64,000 bases of DNA from Kiritimatiellia bacterium (lineage in GTDB: Bacteria; Verrucomicrobiota; Kiritimatiellia; B70-G9). Location: NCBI GenBank assembly GCA_029934055.1, contig JAOZMZ010000003.1:8692-72691 (forward strand). The letters run 5' to 3'. Below the pieces are notes generated by a model that saw nothing but the letters and a program-made list of their open reading frames with translations, searched no databases and was not told where the DNA came from. The translations under genes and the position numbers were made by a program. This document shows positions 1-8,107 of this stretch, in pieces. Position 1 is the stretch's first letter; every line of letters begins with the position of its first letter.

Positions 1-1146
1 CGGCACTGGGGCAAGACCTGGCCCGAGTACGACGGGCAAGGCGCCTACATCACGTTGGTGGCCGAGTACTACAAGTTCACCAAGGACCGCGACCTGCTCG
101 AGCGCAGGTTCCCCAACGTCGTCAAGGCGCTTGAGTTCCTGGTGTACCTCCGCAACAAGAGGCTGACGGATGAGTACAAGAACGCGACCGATGAACGTGC
201 CCGATTCTACGGAATTCTCCCTCTGTCCGTGAGTCATGAAGGGTATTCGTTACCGGGTAAGCATAGCTACTGGGATGACTTCCTCGCTCTTAAGGGCTGG
301 CGTGAGGCCATTCGGATGGCGGAGATTCTCGGTAAGGATGATCTGATCCCCTGGATGAAGGAACAAGAAGCCGGCCTGCGTAAGTGCCTATACGCGTCCA
401 TAGACCTCGTCCAGGAACAGGAAAGCGTGAAGTACATTCCCGGCTGTGCGGAGCTGGGTGAATTCGATGCGTGCTCCCCCGCCATCGCGTTCTGGCCAAC
501 CGAAGAGTACAAGTCCATGCCCAAAGAAGAGGCGCTGTACACACTGGAGAAGTACTACGACGAGATCATGTCGCCTCGCCTGGCGGGCGATTTCGATATG
601 GACAGCGGCTACGTGCCTTACGAGATGAAGCAGGCCACATCCTTCCTTATCATGCGACAGAAACAACGCACCCTGGAGATCCTTCGGCATTTTCTTACGG
701 TCACGCGGCCGAAGTATTGGAACCACTGGGCCGAAGTTATCTACTACGACTATCGTAAACCTGGCTACATCGGCGACATGCCGCACTCATGGGCGGGCGC
801 CGACTACATGAACGCCGTGCGGACCATGTTTGTATTGGAGGAAGAAGACCGCCTCACGCTGGGACTGGGCATCGATGAGAAGTGGCTTGACCGGGATGAA
901 GGGATCTCCATCGAGTCCTTCCCCACGCATTATGGCCGGATCAATTACAGCATAGTCCGGCATGGGAATAAGCTGGCTATCGAGGTGACCGGTGACATGG
1001 AGGCGCCGCCTGGAGGCTACGTTTTCAGGTCGCCTTTGGCAGCCCCCATCAAAGCAGTGAGCATCAACGGAGAAGAATGGAATGACTTCACGGCGGAAGA
1101 GATCCGGTTCGGTTCTGTTCCGGCCGCGATCGGCGTCGTTTACTGA
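1..1146 (+). CDS. Glycoside-hydrolase-like (alpha/alpha)6-toroid protein, C-terminal portion; 5' end outside the window
   Basis: Frame 1 is open from nt 1 (RHWGKTWPEYDGQGAYITLV...), so the GTG at 55 in the ORF track is not the real start. Motifs YWDDFLALKGW and GDMPHSWAGADYMNAVRTMF resemble GH15/GH63-type six-hairpin glycosidases, followed by a beta-rich tail. Stop TGA 1144-1146. Confidence 0.6.
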   Translation, partial: RHWGKTWPEYDGQGAYITLVAEYYKFTKDRDLLERRFPNVVKALEFLVYLRNKRLTDEYKNATDERARFYGILPLSVSHEGYSLPGKHSYWDDFLALKGWREAIRMAEILGKDDLIPWMKEQEAGLRKCLYASIDLVQEQESVKYIPGCAELGEFDACSPAIAFWPTEEYKSMPKEEALYTLEKYYDEIMSPRLAGDFDMDSGYVPYEMKQATSFLIMRQKQRTLEILRHFLTVTRPKYWNHWAEVIYYDYRKPGYIGDMPHSWAGADYMNAVRTMFVLEEEDRLTLGLGIDEKWLDRDEGISIESFPTHYGRINYSIVRHGNKLAIEVTGDMEAPPGGYVFRSPLAAPIKAVSINGEEWNDFTAEEIRFGSVPAAIGVVY

Positions 1147-1227
1147 GATAGCCCTTATCCTGCTGCCCTTTTGCAACGTTGAAGCATACGAGGTCATATC
1201 AACTGCGGCGGCGGGCCCTGCACGTCC

Positions 1228-1659
1228 GTGTGCGGGGACGCATACGAGAGAGATCACCGCTACACCAGGATTCACGGCGCGGGCTATGGAGTGGCACAGG
1301 GAACACCCGCCCGCACCTCGGAGACCGTGAGTAATACTCCGGATGCCTACCTCTTCAGCACAGAACGTTGCGGCGTGACCAACTACATGTTTGACGTTCC
1401 AGACGGCGTGTACACCGTCAGGCTCGACTTTGCTGAGACCTGGTTCGGGGGCGCCGGCGGAGTCGGCGTTGGCGGCAGAACGTATTACATCCACTGGGTC
1501 GATGACCCCAAAAATTCTATCTGGCAGAATGCGACGCCCGGCGGCATTTACGTACCAGGCGACGGACCGGAAACATGGATGGACGACGGCAGCGGGACTG
1601 GCGGTATTCCCCCATCACAGGCCACTTCGCGATTCTACCGAGTGGGCGTCAGACAATAG
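1228..1659 (+). CDS. Malectin-like carbohydrate-binding fragment joined to a C-terminal ...SRFYRVGVRQ tail; possibly a disrupted continuation of the upstream gene
   Basis: DAYLFSTERCG..YMFDVPDGVYTVRLDFAETWF matches the core of malectin-type CBMs. The INCGG motif that normally opens this domain lies at 1198-1212, upstream of the only canonical start (GTG 1228) and in the same frame as the preceding ORF. No signal peptide. Confidence 0.45.
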   Translation: MCGDAYERDHRYTRIHGAGYGVAQGTPARTSETVSNTPDAYLFSTERCGVTNYMFDVPDGVYTVRLDFAETWFGGAGGVGVGGRTYYIHWVDDPKNSIWQNATPGGIYVPGDGPETWMDDGSGTGGIPPSQATSRFYRVGVRQ

Positions 1660-1690
1660 AAGGCTGGACTGTACTGAACCACCTCATGGG

Positions 1691-2311
1691 TTAACGCCAC
1701 ATAGCTTGGATCACGTGGCCCTTGTTGTAGAACTTATCCTCTTCCGGCCCATCAAGTCCCATGTCTTCGTCTGCGAGCCAGGCCGCATGGCCGTCGAGGT
1801 AGGCGCAATTCACTCCGCCTTTGTGTACCCGCCGCTTGTCCCACGGGGCATAAGGAAAATCGTAGGCATACGCAGCTAATGAATAGTCCGTGATCATACT
1901 CTGCCTGCGATCCGTATGCGACGGACACGTGCACAGCCAACCATTCATCTCGTAATCCGTATAGAAGTCGTAATTGGGCATTTTGCACTGAGAATAGTCC
2001 TCGTTCCCCGGATTGGCAGGGCAATCAAAAACTTCTTTAGTATACCCCAGATAAGGCAGCAATTGTTCGGCCGCCTCGCCCCACTCACAGCACCCCCGCG
2101 AGCGATACGGGAGCTTTTCGCCAAGTTCCCCAAACAGGGTCGTTGCCGCCACGGCTATCTGACGGGTATTATTCAGGCATTTCAACTTGTGGGCTCTCGC
2201 TCTTGCTCCGGCCAAGATTGGTAACAGGAGCCCAATCAAGACCGCAATGATCGCCGTTATCACAAGTAGTTCGATCAACGTGAAACCGCGATCGTCCTTA
2301 TGTCTGTTCAT
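1691..2311 (-). CDS. Prepilin-type N-terminal cleavage/methylation domain protein with C-terminal H-X9-DG motif (PVC-type pseudopilin-like)
   Basis: ATG at 2311 gives MNRHKDDRG|[22 protein letters not shown] (G/F cleavage site, Glu+5, hydrophobic helix). The C-terminus has [12 protein letters not shown], which is exactly H-X9-DG. The TTG at 2323 in the ORF track is less likely. Confidence 0.85.
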   Translation of the reverse strand: MNRHKDDRGFTLIELLVITAIIAVLIGLLLPILAGARARAHKLKCLNNTRQIAVAATTLFGELGEKLPYRSRGCCEWGEAAEQLLPYLGYTKEVFDCPANPGNEDYSQCKMPNYDFYTDYEMNGWLCTCPSHTDRRQSMITDYSLAAYAYDFPYAPWDKRRVHKGGVNCAYLDGHAAWLADEDMGLDGPEEDKFYNKGHVIQAMWR

Positions 2312-2522
2312 GAGCACTCTCAAGCGGATGTCAATCTTCTACGGTTCAATGGCGAAGCCTCAAAACAAAGCTATTTATACACACGTGTGCAAAAACGCGT
2401 CAATAGCCGATGTGAACCAACTCAGCCATTGCTGAACGAAGAAGTATTTCCCCTTACCTTGCAAACTGTGCAAGCACCGGCGCAGAGGAATGTGGCCGCG
2501 AATTCGTTCATGCATGGCCTTT

Positions 2523-3380
2523 TTATGTCGCCGTTGGCTCTTCGCGTAGCACATTCCTGCCCCACTCGGCCACAGAAAGCGCTTCCGGACGCGCGTGGGG
2601 ATTCACATTGAGGCCCTTGAACAAGGTATTGATACTGTTCACGTCCATCGCCACGAAGTGCGGCGCGTGACGCAGCAGGGAGCAGAGCTGCTTGCGGCGG
2701 TGGGAGAAAGCCCATTTGAGCAGCTTGCGGAGGAAAGTCCCATCCGCGATCTGCACAATGGATTGTCGTCCTCTTCTGAGCGTGACGATAGGGGACCATA
2801 TCCGCGGCTTCGGCATGAAGCACGACGGGCTCACGTCCTTCTCTATCGCAACTTCGTAGTCCAGTTGTGTGTACACGCTGAGAACTCCGTAGTCCTTGCT
2901 TCCCGGTTTCGCCGCGAGCCGTTGGGCGACATCCCGTTGGAGCGTCACCAGGATGTAACGCGGCAACACCTGCGAGGTACCCAGCTTCACGAGAATGCGG
3001 CTGCCGGCAGCATACGGCAGATTAGAGACCCCCTTTGAGACACCCGAAGCAAGAACCTCGTCAAGATCAAGGTCGAGCACATCTCCGTCTATGAGTTCCA
3101 GATTGGTCGTTTCCCTGAACCGGGACTTGAGAAAACCGCACAGAGTGCTGTCTTTTTCGATTGCGATGACCCCTTGCGCGCGTTGCACCAACTTTTCGGT
3201 CATGACGCCAAGGCCCGGGCCGATTTCGAGTACGACGTCGTCCAGCGAGAGGTCGGCAAGGCTAATGAGGAGCTTCAAGATGTTTCCGTCGATGAGGAAG
3301 TTCTGCCCCAGGGCCCTACCGGGTCTGAAATTCAGGCTCCTGAGCAGGGCTCTGACTTCGGTTGGACTGGTGAGCTTCAT
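2523..3380 (-). CDS. rsmA: 16S rRNA (adenine1518/1519-N6)-dimethyltransferase RsmA/KsgA
   Basis: 285 aa with LGQNFLID and the SAM-binding motif VLEIGPGLGVMT. The start lies 1 nt downstream of the pdxA-like stop, the classical pdxA-ksgA arrangement. Confidence 0.92.
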   Translation of the reverse strand: MKLTSPTEVRALLRSLNFRPGRALGQNFLIDGNILKLLISLADLSLDDVVLEIGPGLGVMTEKLVQRAQGVIAIEKDSTLCGFLKSRFRETTNLELIDGDVLDLDLDEVLASGVSKGVSNLPYAAGSRILVKLGTSQVLPRYILVTLQRDVAQRLAAKPGSKDYGVLSVYTQLDYEVAIEKDVSPSCFMPKPRIWSPIVTLRRGRQSIVQIADGTFLRKLLKWAFSHRRKQLCSLLRHAPHFVAMDVNSINTLFKGLNVNPHARPEALSVAEWGRNVLREEPTAT

Positions 3381-3381
3381 C

Positions 3382-4113
3382 TCAGTATCCAGTAATCAGT
3401 AAAGGCGAGATAGACTCTTCACACCGAACACAGATAACTGAATACTCGTATTTTCTTATCCACGGGTTCCGCCGTCTGGTGAGCTCATACGCGAGCTTGA
3501 TGGCCTCGGTCATGCTGGAAGGATCGGCTTCTCCCCGGCCTGCGATGTCAAAAGCCGTCCCGTGGGCCGGCGACGTGCGCACGATCGGCAAGCCGACAGT
3601 GACGTTGACATCGGTATCAAAGGCCAACATCTTGAGCGGGCCCAGGCCCTGGTCGTGGTACATGCAGACCACGGCATCATTTTCACCGCGCATCGCCTTG
3701 TAAAAAACCGCATCCGGAGCGACGGACCCATTTGCCCGTATTCCCCTGCGTCGAACAACCCGGATGACCGGCGCTATCACGTCCTGCTCTTCGGATCCAA
3801 TCGCGCCGCCGTCTCCAGTATGTGGATTGAGGCCACACACCGCTATGCGCGCGGTGGTGCACCCCAACCACGGAAGAGCCTCTGCCGTTATTGTGACGGC
3901 CTCAATGATTCTGCCCTTGGTGAGACTCGGCGCCACCCGGCAAAGGGGAATATGGCGCGTAACGAGGACTACCCGCAGTGGGCCGCCGTCAACATCATCG
4001 CGTAGCGGGTGGTATTCGTCAGCCGGGCCTGGAAATCCGGAAATCGTTGAAAATCGTAAAATCGTGGGTGAGATCGTGAGATCGAGGTCAGCCCTGAGAT
4101 TGGGCTCACCCAT
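3382..4113 (-). CDS. pdxA: PdxA-family (4-hydroxythreonine-4-phosphate dehydrogenase-like) protein, N-terminally truncated; possible pseudogene
   Basis: CGLNPHTGDGG, VVCMYHDQGLGPLK and VNVTVGLPIVRTSPAHGTAFDIAGRGEADPSSM match the PdxA C-terminal two thirds. It is only 243 aa, and the frame is closed by a stop 4 codons upstream of ATG 4113. Confidence 0.6.
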   Translation of the reverse strand: MGEPNLRADLDLTISPTILRFSTISGFPGPADEYHPLRDDVDGGPLRVVLVTRHIPLCRVAPSLTKGRIIEAVTITAEALPWLGCTTARIAVCGLNPHTGDGGAIGSEEQDVIAPVIRVVRRRGIRANGSVAPDAVFYKAMRGENDAVVCMYHDQGLGPLKMLAFDTDVNVTVGLPIVRTSPAHGTAFDIAGRGEADPSSMTEAIKLAYELTRRRNPWIRKYEYSVICVRCEESISPLLITGY

Positions 4114-4543
4114 TAAAGGTTCCGGTCAAGACACAAAATAGGCCTCCCCCTCTAAAGAGGGGCAACCCCTGTATTGATCGGCTATCCGTCGCCGCCCACC
4201 GCCTGTTTGCCCCATCCTTTTTCATCGCTGTTTTGTTCAGTCACCCATCTGGTTCAATCCCGATCAGGTGGCTGACCGGGACCTCCCCGCCTGTGGCGGG
4301 TCTTGCCCCGCTGCAGCCGGGGGCTTGTCCGGCACAGGGAAAAGGAGGCGCACCGGTGCGCTGAGCGTCATCACGGCGGCTGATCGGCCTGAGCCGAATC
4401 AGCCGGGTCAGAGCGGCATGGGGGGTTGAAAGACTGGTCTTGATGGTGCGGATGGTGTTAGATAGTTGAAAACTGTTGTCCGGGCGGTCACTCCGCGGAC
4501 ATGCGCTTGCGGTCTGGGTCGTCAGCGAAAGGGAGAGACGGCG

Positions 4544-4978
4544 ATGTTGTGTCCGGCATGCAATGAAAAAATGGTGATCCTGGAGCTGGAGGATGTGGAG
4601 ATAGATTACTGTGTTCATTGCGGTGGAGTATGGCTGGACGGCGGAGAACTGGAGATGATCAGCCGGCGGGCCGCCGGCGAGGCTGCGGTGGGATTGGTTC
4701 CGGGTGGGAAGCGAGGGCGGAGGCGCTGTCCGCGTTGCAGAAAGCGGATGCGGGTTACGCATTTTGAAGGTTCGACGGTGGAAGTGGACGCCTGCCCGCG
4801 CGGAGACGGGGTGTGGTTCGACCGGGGGGAACTGGAAGCCGTTCTGAGGGAAAGCGGGGCGGGAGGAACGGCGGAGGTGGTCCGCGGCTTTTTCGGACGC
4901 ATGTTCGGCGGTGCGGAGGAGTCCGGAAGGGATGGTGAACAGGTGAGTCGGCAAGGAGCAGAGGAGGTTGCACGATGA
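4544..4978 (+). CDS. Tandem zinc-ribbon protein (two zf-TFIIB-like CxxC...CxxCxGxWxDxGE units)
   Basis: MLCPACNEKM...YCVHCGGVWLDGGELEMI and RCPRCRKRM...ACPRGDGVWFDRGELEAVL. ATG 4544 is preceded by GGGAGAG; the TTG at 4466 in the ORF track is an alternative start. The stop overlaps the lemA start (ATGA at 4975-4978). Confidence 0.7.
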   Translation: MLCPACNEKMVILELEDVEIDYCVHCGGVWLDGGELEMISRRAAGEAAVGLVPGGKRGRRRCPRCRKRMRVTHFEGSTVEVDACPRGDGVWFDRGELEAVLRESGAGGTAEVVRGFFGRMFGGAEESGRDGEQVSRQGAEEVAR

Positions 4979-5529
4979 CGGCGGCGGTGATTCTTTTGGT
5001 GCTGATCGTGGCGCTGGGCTTGTGGCTGGCGGCCACGTACAACGGGCTGGTGAGACTGCGCAACCAGGTGCGCAATGCGTGGTCGCAGATCGACGTGCAG
5101 TTGAAGCGGCGTCACGACCTGATTCCGAACCTGGTGGAGACGGCCAAGGGTTACATGAAACACGAGCGCGAGACTTTCGAGGAGATAACGCGGGCGCGCA
5201 GCGCGGCGGCGCAGGCCGCCGGCGTGGCCGAACGCGGCAAGGCCGAGAGCATGTTGAGCGGCGCCCTGGGGCGTTTTTTCCTGGTGGTTGAGAACTATCC
5301 GGACCTGAAGGCCAATCAGAACTTTCTGGCCCTGCAGGAGGAACTGACTTCAACGGAGAACAAGGTGGGATTCGCCCGGCAGTTCTATAACGACCAGGTG
5401 TTGAAGTTCAACACGCGCCTGCAGAGTTTTCCGGTGAACTTCGTGGCCGGCCCGTTCGGCTTCAAGGCGGCGGAGTTTTTCGAGCTGGAGGCTCCGGCGG
5501 AACGGGAGGCTCCCAAGGTTCAGTTCTGA
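4975..5529 (+). CDS. lemA: LemA family protein (N-terminal TM helix), copy 1
   Basis: 184 aa. YNGLVRLRNQVRNAWSQIDVQLKRRHDLIPNLV...ENYPDLKANQNFLALQEEL is a typical LemA signature. Confidence 0.88.
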   Translation: MTAAVILLVLIVALGLWLAATYNGLVRLRNQVRNAWSQIDVQLKRRHDLIPNLVETAKGYMKHERETFEEITRARSAAAQAAGVAERGKAESMLSGALGRFFLVVENYPDLKANQNFLALQEELTSTENKVGFARQFYNDQVLKFNTRLQSFPVNFVAGPFGFKAAEFFELEAPAEREAPKVQF

Positions 5530-5566
5530 TCGCTGGACATTAATAGGGTTACAGAGTTCGGTCTAA

Positions 5567-6745
5567 ATGTGGGAAATCATCCAGGCCAACAAGCGCAAGT
5601 CGGTGGCCCTGGTGGTCCTGTTGGCGGTGGTCTTGATGGGGCTGGGCTACACCGCCGGTTACTTTTGGGGAGGCGACGGAGCGGGTATCATCGGCGTGTT
5701 GGCGGCGATGGTGATCTGGACGGTGATGATGCTGGCGGCGGTTGGGGGGGGCGAGCGGGTTCTGTTGGCGACGGCGGGGGCACGCGAGGTCAAGCGGGAG
5801 GACGCGCCGCAGCTATACAACATCGTCGAGGAGATGAAGATCGCCTCCGGCCTGCCACGGATGCCGCGGATCTTCATCATAGATTCGCGCACGCCGAATG
5901 CCTTTGCGGTGGGGCTGAAGCCCGAACGGGCGGCGGTGGCGGTGACCACGGGTTTGCTGGCGCGGCTCACGCGGGATGAGTTGCAGGGGGTGATCGGGCA
6001 CGAGCTGGGTCACATCAACAACCGCGACACGCTTTTCATGACGCTTGCGGGGGTGACGGTCGGGGCGGTGATCATCCTGGCGGACCTGTTCTTACGGGGG
6101 CTGTGGTTCAGTTCCGGACGGCGGCGGTCATCACGCAATGACGGGCAGCTTGCGCTGGTGATGATGATCCTGGCGATCGTCCTGGCCATTCTGGCGCCGT
6201 TGATGGCGCAGATTCTGTACTTTGCATGTTCGCGGCGGCGGGAATACCTGGCGGATGCCTGCTCGGCGCAGTATACGCGTTTTCCGCAGGGGCTGGCTTC
6301 GGCGCTGGCGAAGATTGCGGGCCAGTCCGAGGCGCCGAAAGAGGTCAACCGGGTGCTGGCGCCGATGTACATCGTCAATCCTCTTGCGGCGGCGGGGTCC
6401 GGGCGGTCGCTTTTCAGTACGCATCCGCCGGTGGAGGAGCGCATCCGGGTCTTGCAGGCGATGGGTTCGGACGTATCGCTGGCAGGTTACCAGGCGGCTT
6501 TCGCCAAGGTGCAGGCGGGAGAGGTTGCCGCCGGGGTGGGGCGCCTGCGGGGGCTCAAGGAGGAGGGGGCGGAGCAAGCCGAGGATACGCGGCGGTGGCG
6601 CGAGGCGCGCGATATTCTTCACCGGGCCGACGGGTACCGCGCGGTGAAGTGTGGCTGCGGGTTGACGATTCGGATACCGCCGGGATTTGATCAGGAAACC
6701 ATAGTCTGTCCGCGTTGCGGGCGGACGGTGAAGGTGGGCGGATGA
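5567..6745 (+). CDS. M48-family (HtpX-like) zinc metallopeptidase with C-terminal zinc ribbon
   Basis: Contains TM helices, the HELGH motif (GHELGHINNRD) and PNAFAVG. The C-terminal extension ends VKCGCGLTIRIPPGFDQETIVCPRCGRTVKV. Confidence 0.85.
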   Translation: MWEIIQANKRKSVALVVLLAVVLMGLGYTAGYFWGGDGAGIIGVLAAMVIWTVMMLAAVGGGERVLLATAGAREVKREDAPQLYNIVEEMKIASGLPRMPRIFIIDSRTPNAFAVGLKPERAAVAVTTGLLARLTRDELQGVIGHELGHINNRDTLFMTLAGVTVGAVIILADLFLRGLWFSSGRRRSSRNDGQLALVMMILAIVLAILAPLMAQILYFACSRRREYLADACSAQYTRFPQGLASALAKIAGQSEAPKEVNRVLAPMYIVNPLAAAGSGRSLFSTHPPVEERIRVLQAMGSDVSLAGYQAAFAKVQAGEVAAGVGRLRGLKEEGAEQAEDTRRWREARDILHRADGYRAVKCGCGLTIRIPPGFDQETIVCPRCGRTVKVGG

Positions 6746-8043
6746 ATACGGACGCGATCCTGATTACCGGGGTGCGCGTGGTGGATCCGGGCACGGGACG
6801 CGATGAAATCGGCGAACTGTACATTGCCGATGGGATGATTGCGGAGGTGCCGCGGTCGCTTCCGAGGGACGTGCGGGTGATCGAGGACGGGGGCCTGACG
6901 GCGGTTCCGGGACTCCTGGACATGCACGTGCACCTGCGGGAGCCGGGGCGGGAGGATGCCGAGACGATTCAAAGTGGGACGGCCGCGGCGGCGCGGGGCG
7001 GGTTCACGCGCGTGATGGCGATGGCGAACACGCAGCCGGCGGTGGATACGCCTGCGCGGGTGGAATGGATCCTGCGCCGGGCGGCGGAAATGGGCGCGGT
7101 GGAAGTTTTGACGGCGGCGGCGATTACGCGTGGAAGGCGGGGAGAAGAGCTGACGGATTTCGCCGGGCTGGTGAAGGCGGGCGCGGCGGCTTTCAGCGAC
7201 GACGGCTGCACGGTGGCAGACGAGGAGATCATGCGGGCGGCTATGGCGCGTGCGGCGGGGCTCGGGCGGGCGATTCTCGATCATGCCGAAGATGAAAACC
7301 TGAAGGGCGGCGGTGTGATGCATGCCGGGGCCAAGGCGCGTGCGGCGGGCTTGCCGGGAGTCGGCGAGGAGGTTGAAACGCGGATCGTCGCAAGAGACAT
7401 TCGCCTGGCGCGGGAGACGGGATGCCGGCTTCATATTCAGCACGTATCCTGCGGGGCGAGCATCGCCATGATCAGCGCGGCGCAGCAGGAAGGGTTAGCG
7501 GTGAGCGCGGAGGTCACGCCGCATCATCTGGCATTGTGCGACGAGGACGTAGATCCGCAGGATGCCTCTTACAAGGTCAATCCCCCGCTGCGCTCCGCGG
7601 AGGATCGGGCCACGTTGCGTGAAGCGGTCGCCGGCGGGGTGGTGGCGGCGTTTGCCTCCGATCATGCCCCGCACACCGCGGCATCCAAGGCGCGCGGCTT
7701 CTTGAAGGCGCCGGCCGGCATCTGCGGACTGGAGACGGCGGTGGGGGTGACATACACGGTCATGGTTCGCGGGGGGTTGATGGATTTGAAGAGTTGGATC
7801 GAGCGCTGGACACTGGGTCCGGCGCGGATTCTGGGGTTGCCCGCGCCGACGTTGGAACCCGGAGCGCGCGCGGATGTGACCTTGCTTGACCTGGAACATT
7901 CCTGGCGGGTGGACAGCGCTGAATTTGTTTCGCGGGGGCGCAATACGCCTTTTGAGGGGTGGGACCTTTTCGGCCGCTGCGTGATGACCATTGCGGCGGG
8001 AGATATCCGCTACAGCGGTTTGCGCGGCGTAAGCGAGCGCTGA
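6742..8043 (+). CDS. pyrC: Dihydroorotase
   Basis: MNTDAILITGVRVVDP..., GLLDMHVHLREPG and ASDHAPHT. ATG 6742 overlaps the M48 stop (ATGA). The TTG at 6715 in the ORF track is unlikely. Confidence 0.88.
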   Translation: MNTDAILITGVRVVDPGTGRDEIGELYIADGMIAEVPRSLPRDVRVIEDGGLTAVPGLLDMHVHLREPGREDAETIQSGTAAAARGGFTRVMAMANTQPAVDTPARVEWILRRAAEMGAVEVLTAAAITRGRRGEELTDFAGLVKAGAAAFSDDGCTVADEEIMRAAMARAAGLGRAILDHAEDENLKGGGVMHAGAKARAAGLPGVGEEVETRIVARDIRLARETGCRLHIQHVSCGASIAMISAAQQEGLAVSAEVTPHHLALCDEDVDPQDASYKVNPPLRSAEDRATLREAVAGGVVAAFASDHAPHTAASKARGFLKAPAGICGLETAVGVTYTVMVRGGLMDLKSWIERWTLGPARILGLPAPTLEPGARADVTLLDLEHSWRVDSAEFVSRGRNTPFEGWDLFGRCVMTIAAGDIRYSGLRGVSER

Positions 8044-8107
8044 TTCATTGACAACGGCAACCGCGGGTGAGAATATTCCGGCGAACGCTGATAAGGAGAT
8101 CCGGAGC

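Noticed and set aside
2730-2740. GAGGAAAGTCC, identical to the universally conserved RNase P RNA motif
   Set aside because: It lies inside the rsmA coding region (antisense), and none of the other RNase P conserved elements or helices are nearby. I treat it as coincidental.
4251-4260. GGTTCAATCC, a tRNA T-loop-like string; also CCCGCCACAGG (4290-4300, minus strand), which resembles the cobalamin-riboswitch core
   Set aside because: The flanks do not form a T-stem, acceptor stem or anticodon arm. The AGGGAA / GGTG..AA..CC elements of a B12 riboswitch are not in the required order. Kept only as part of the generic structured-region finding.
4241-5353. 370-aa ORF on the minus strand spanning the zf/LemA genes
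   Set aside because: The product is Pro/Arg/Ser/Ala-rich and low in complexity, it is antisense to well-supported genes, and I recognised no family motif. This is the typical shadow ORF of high-GC DNA.
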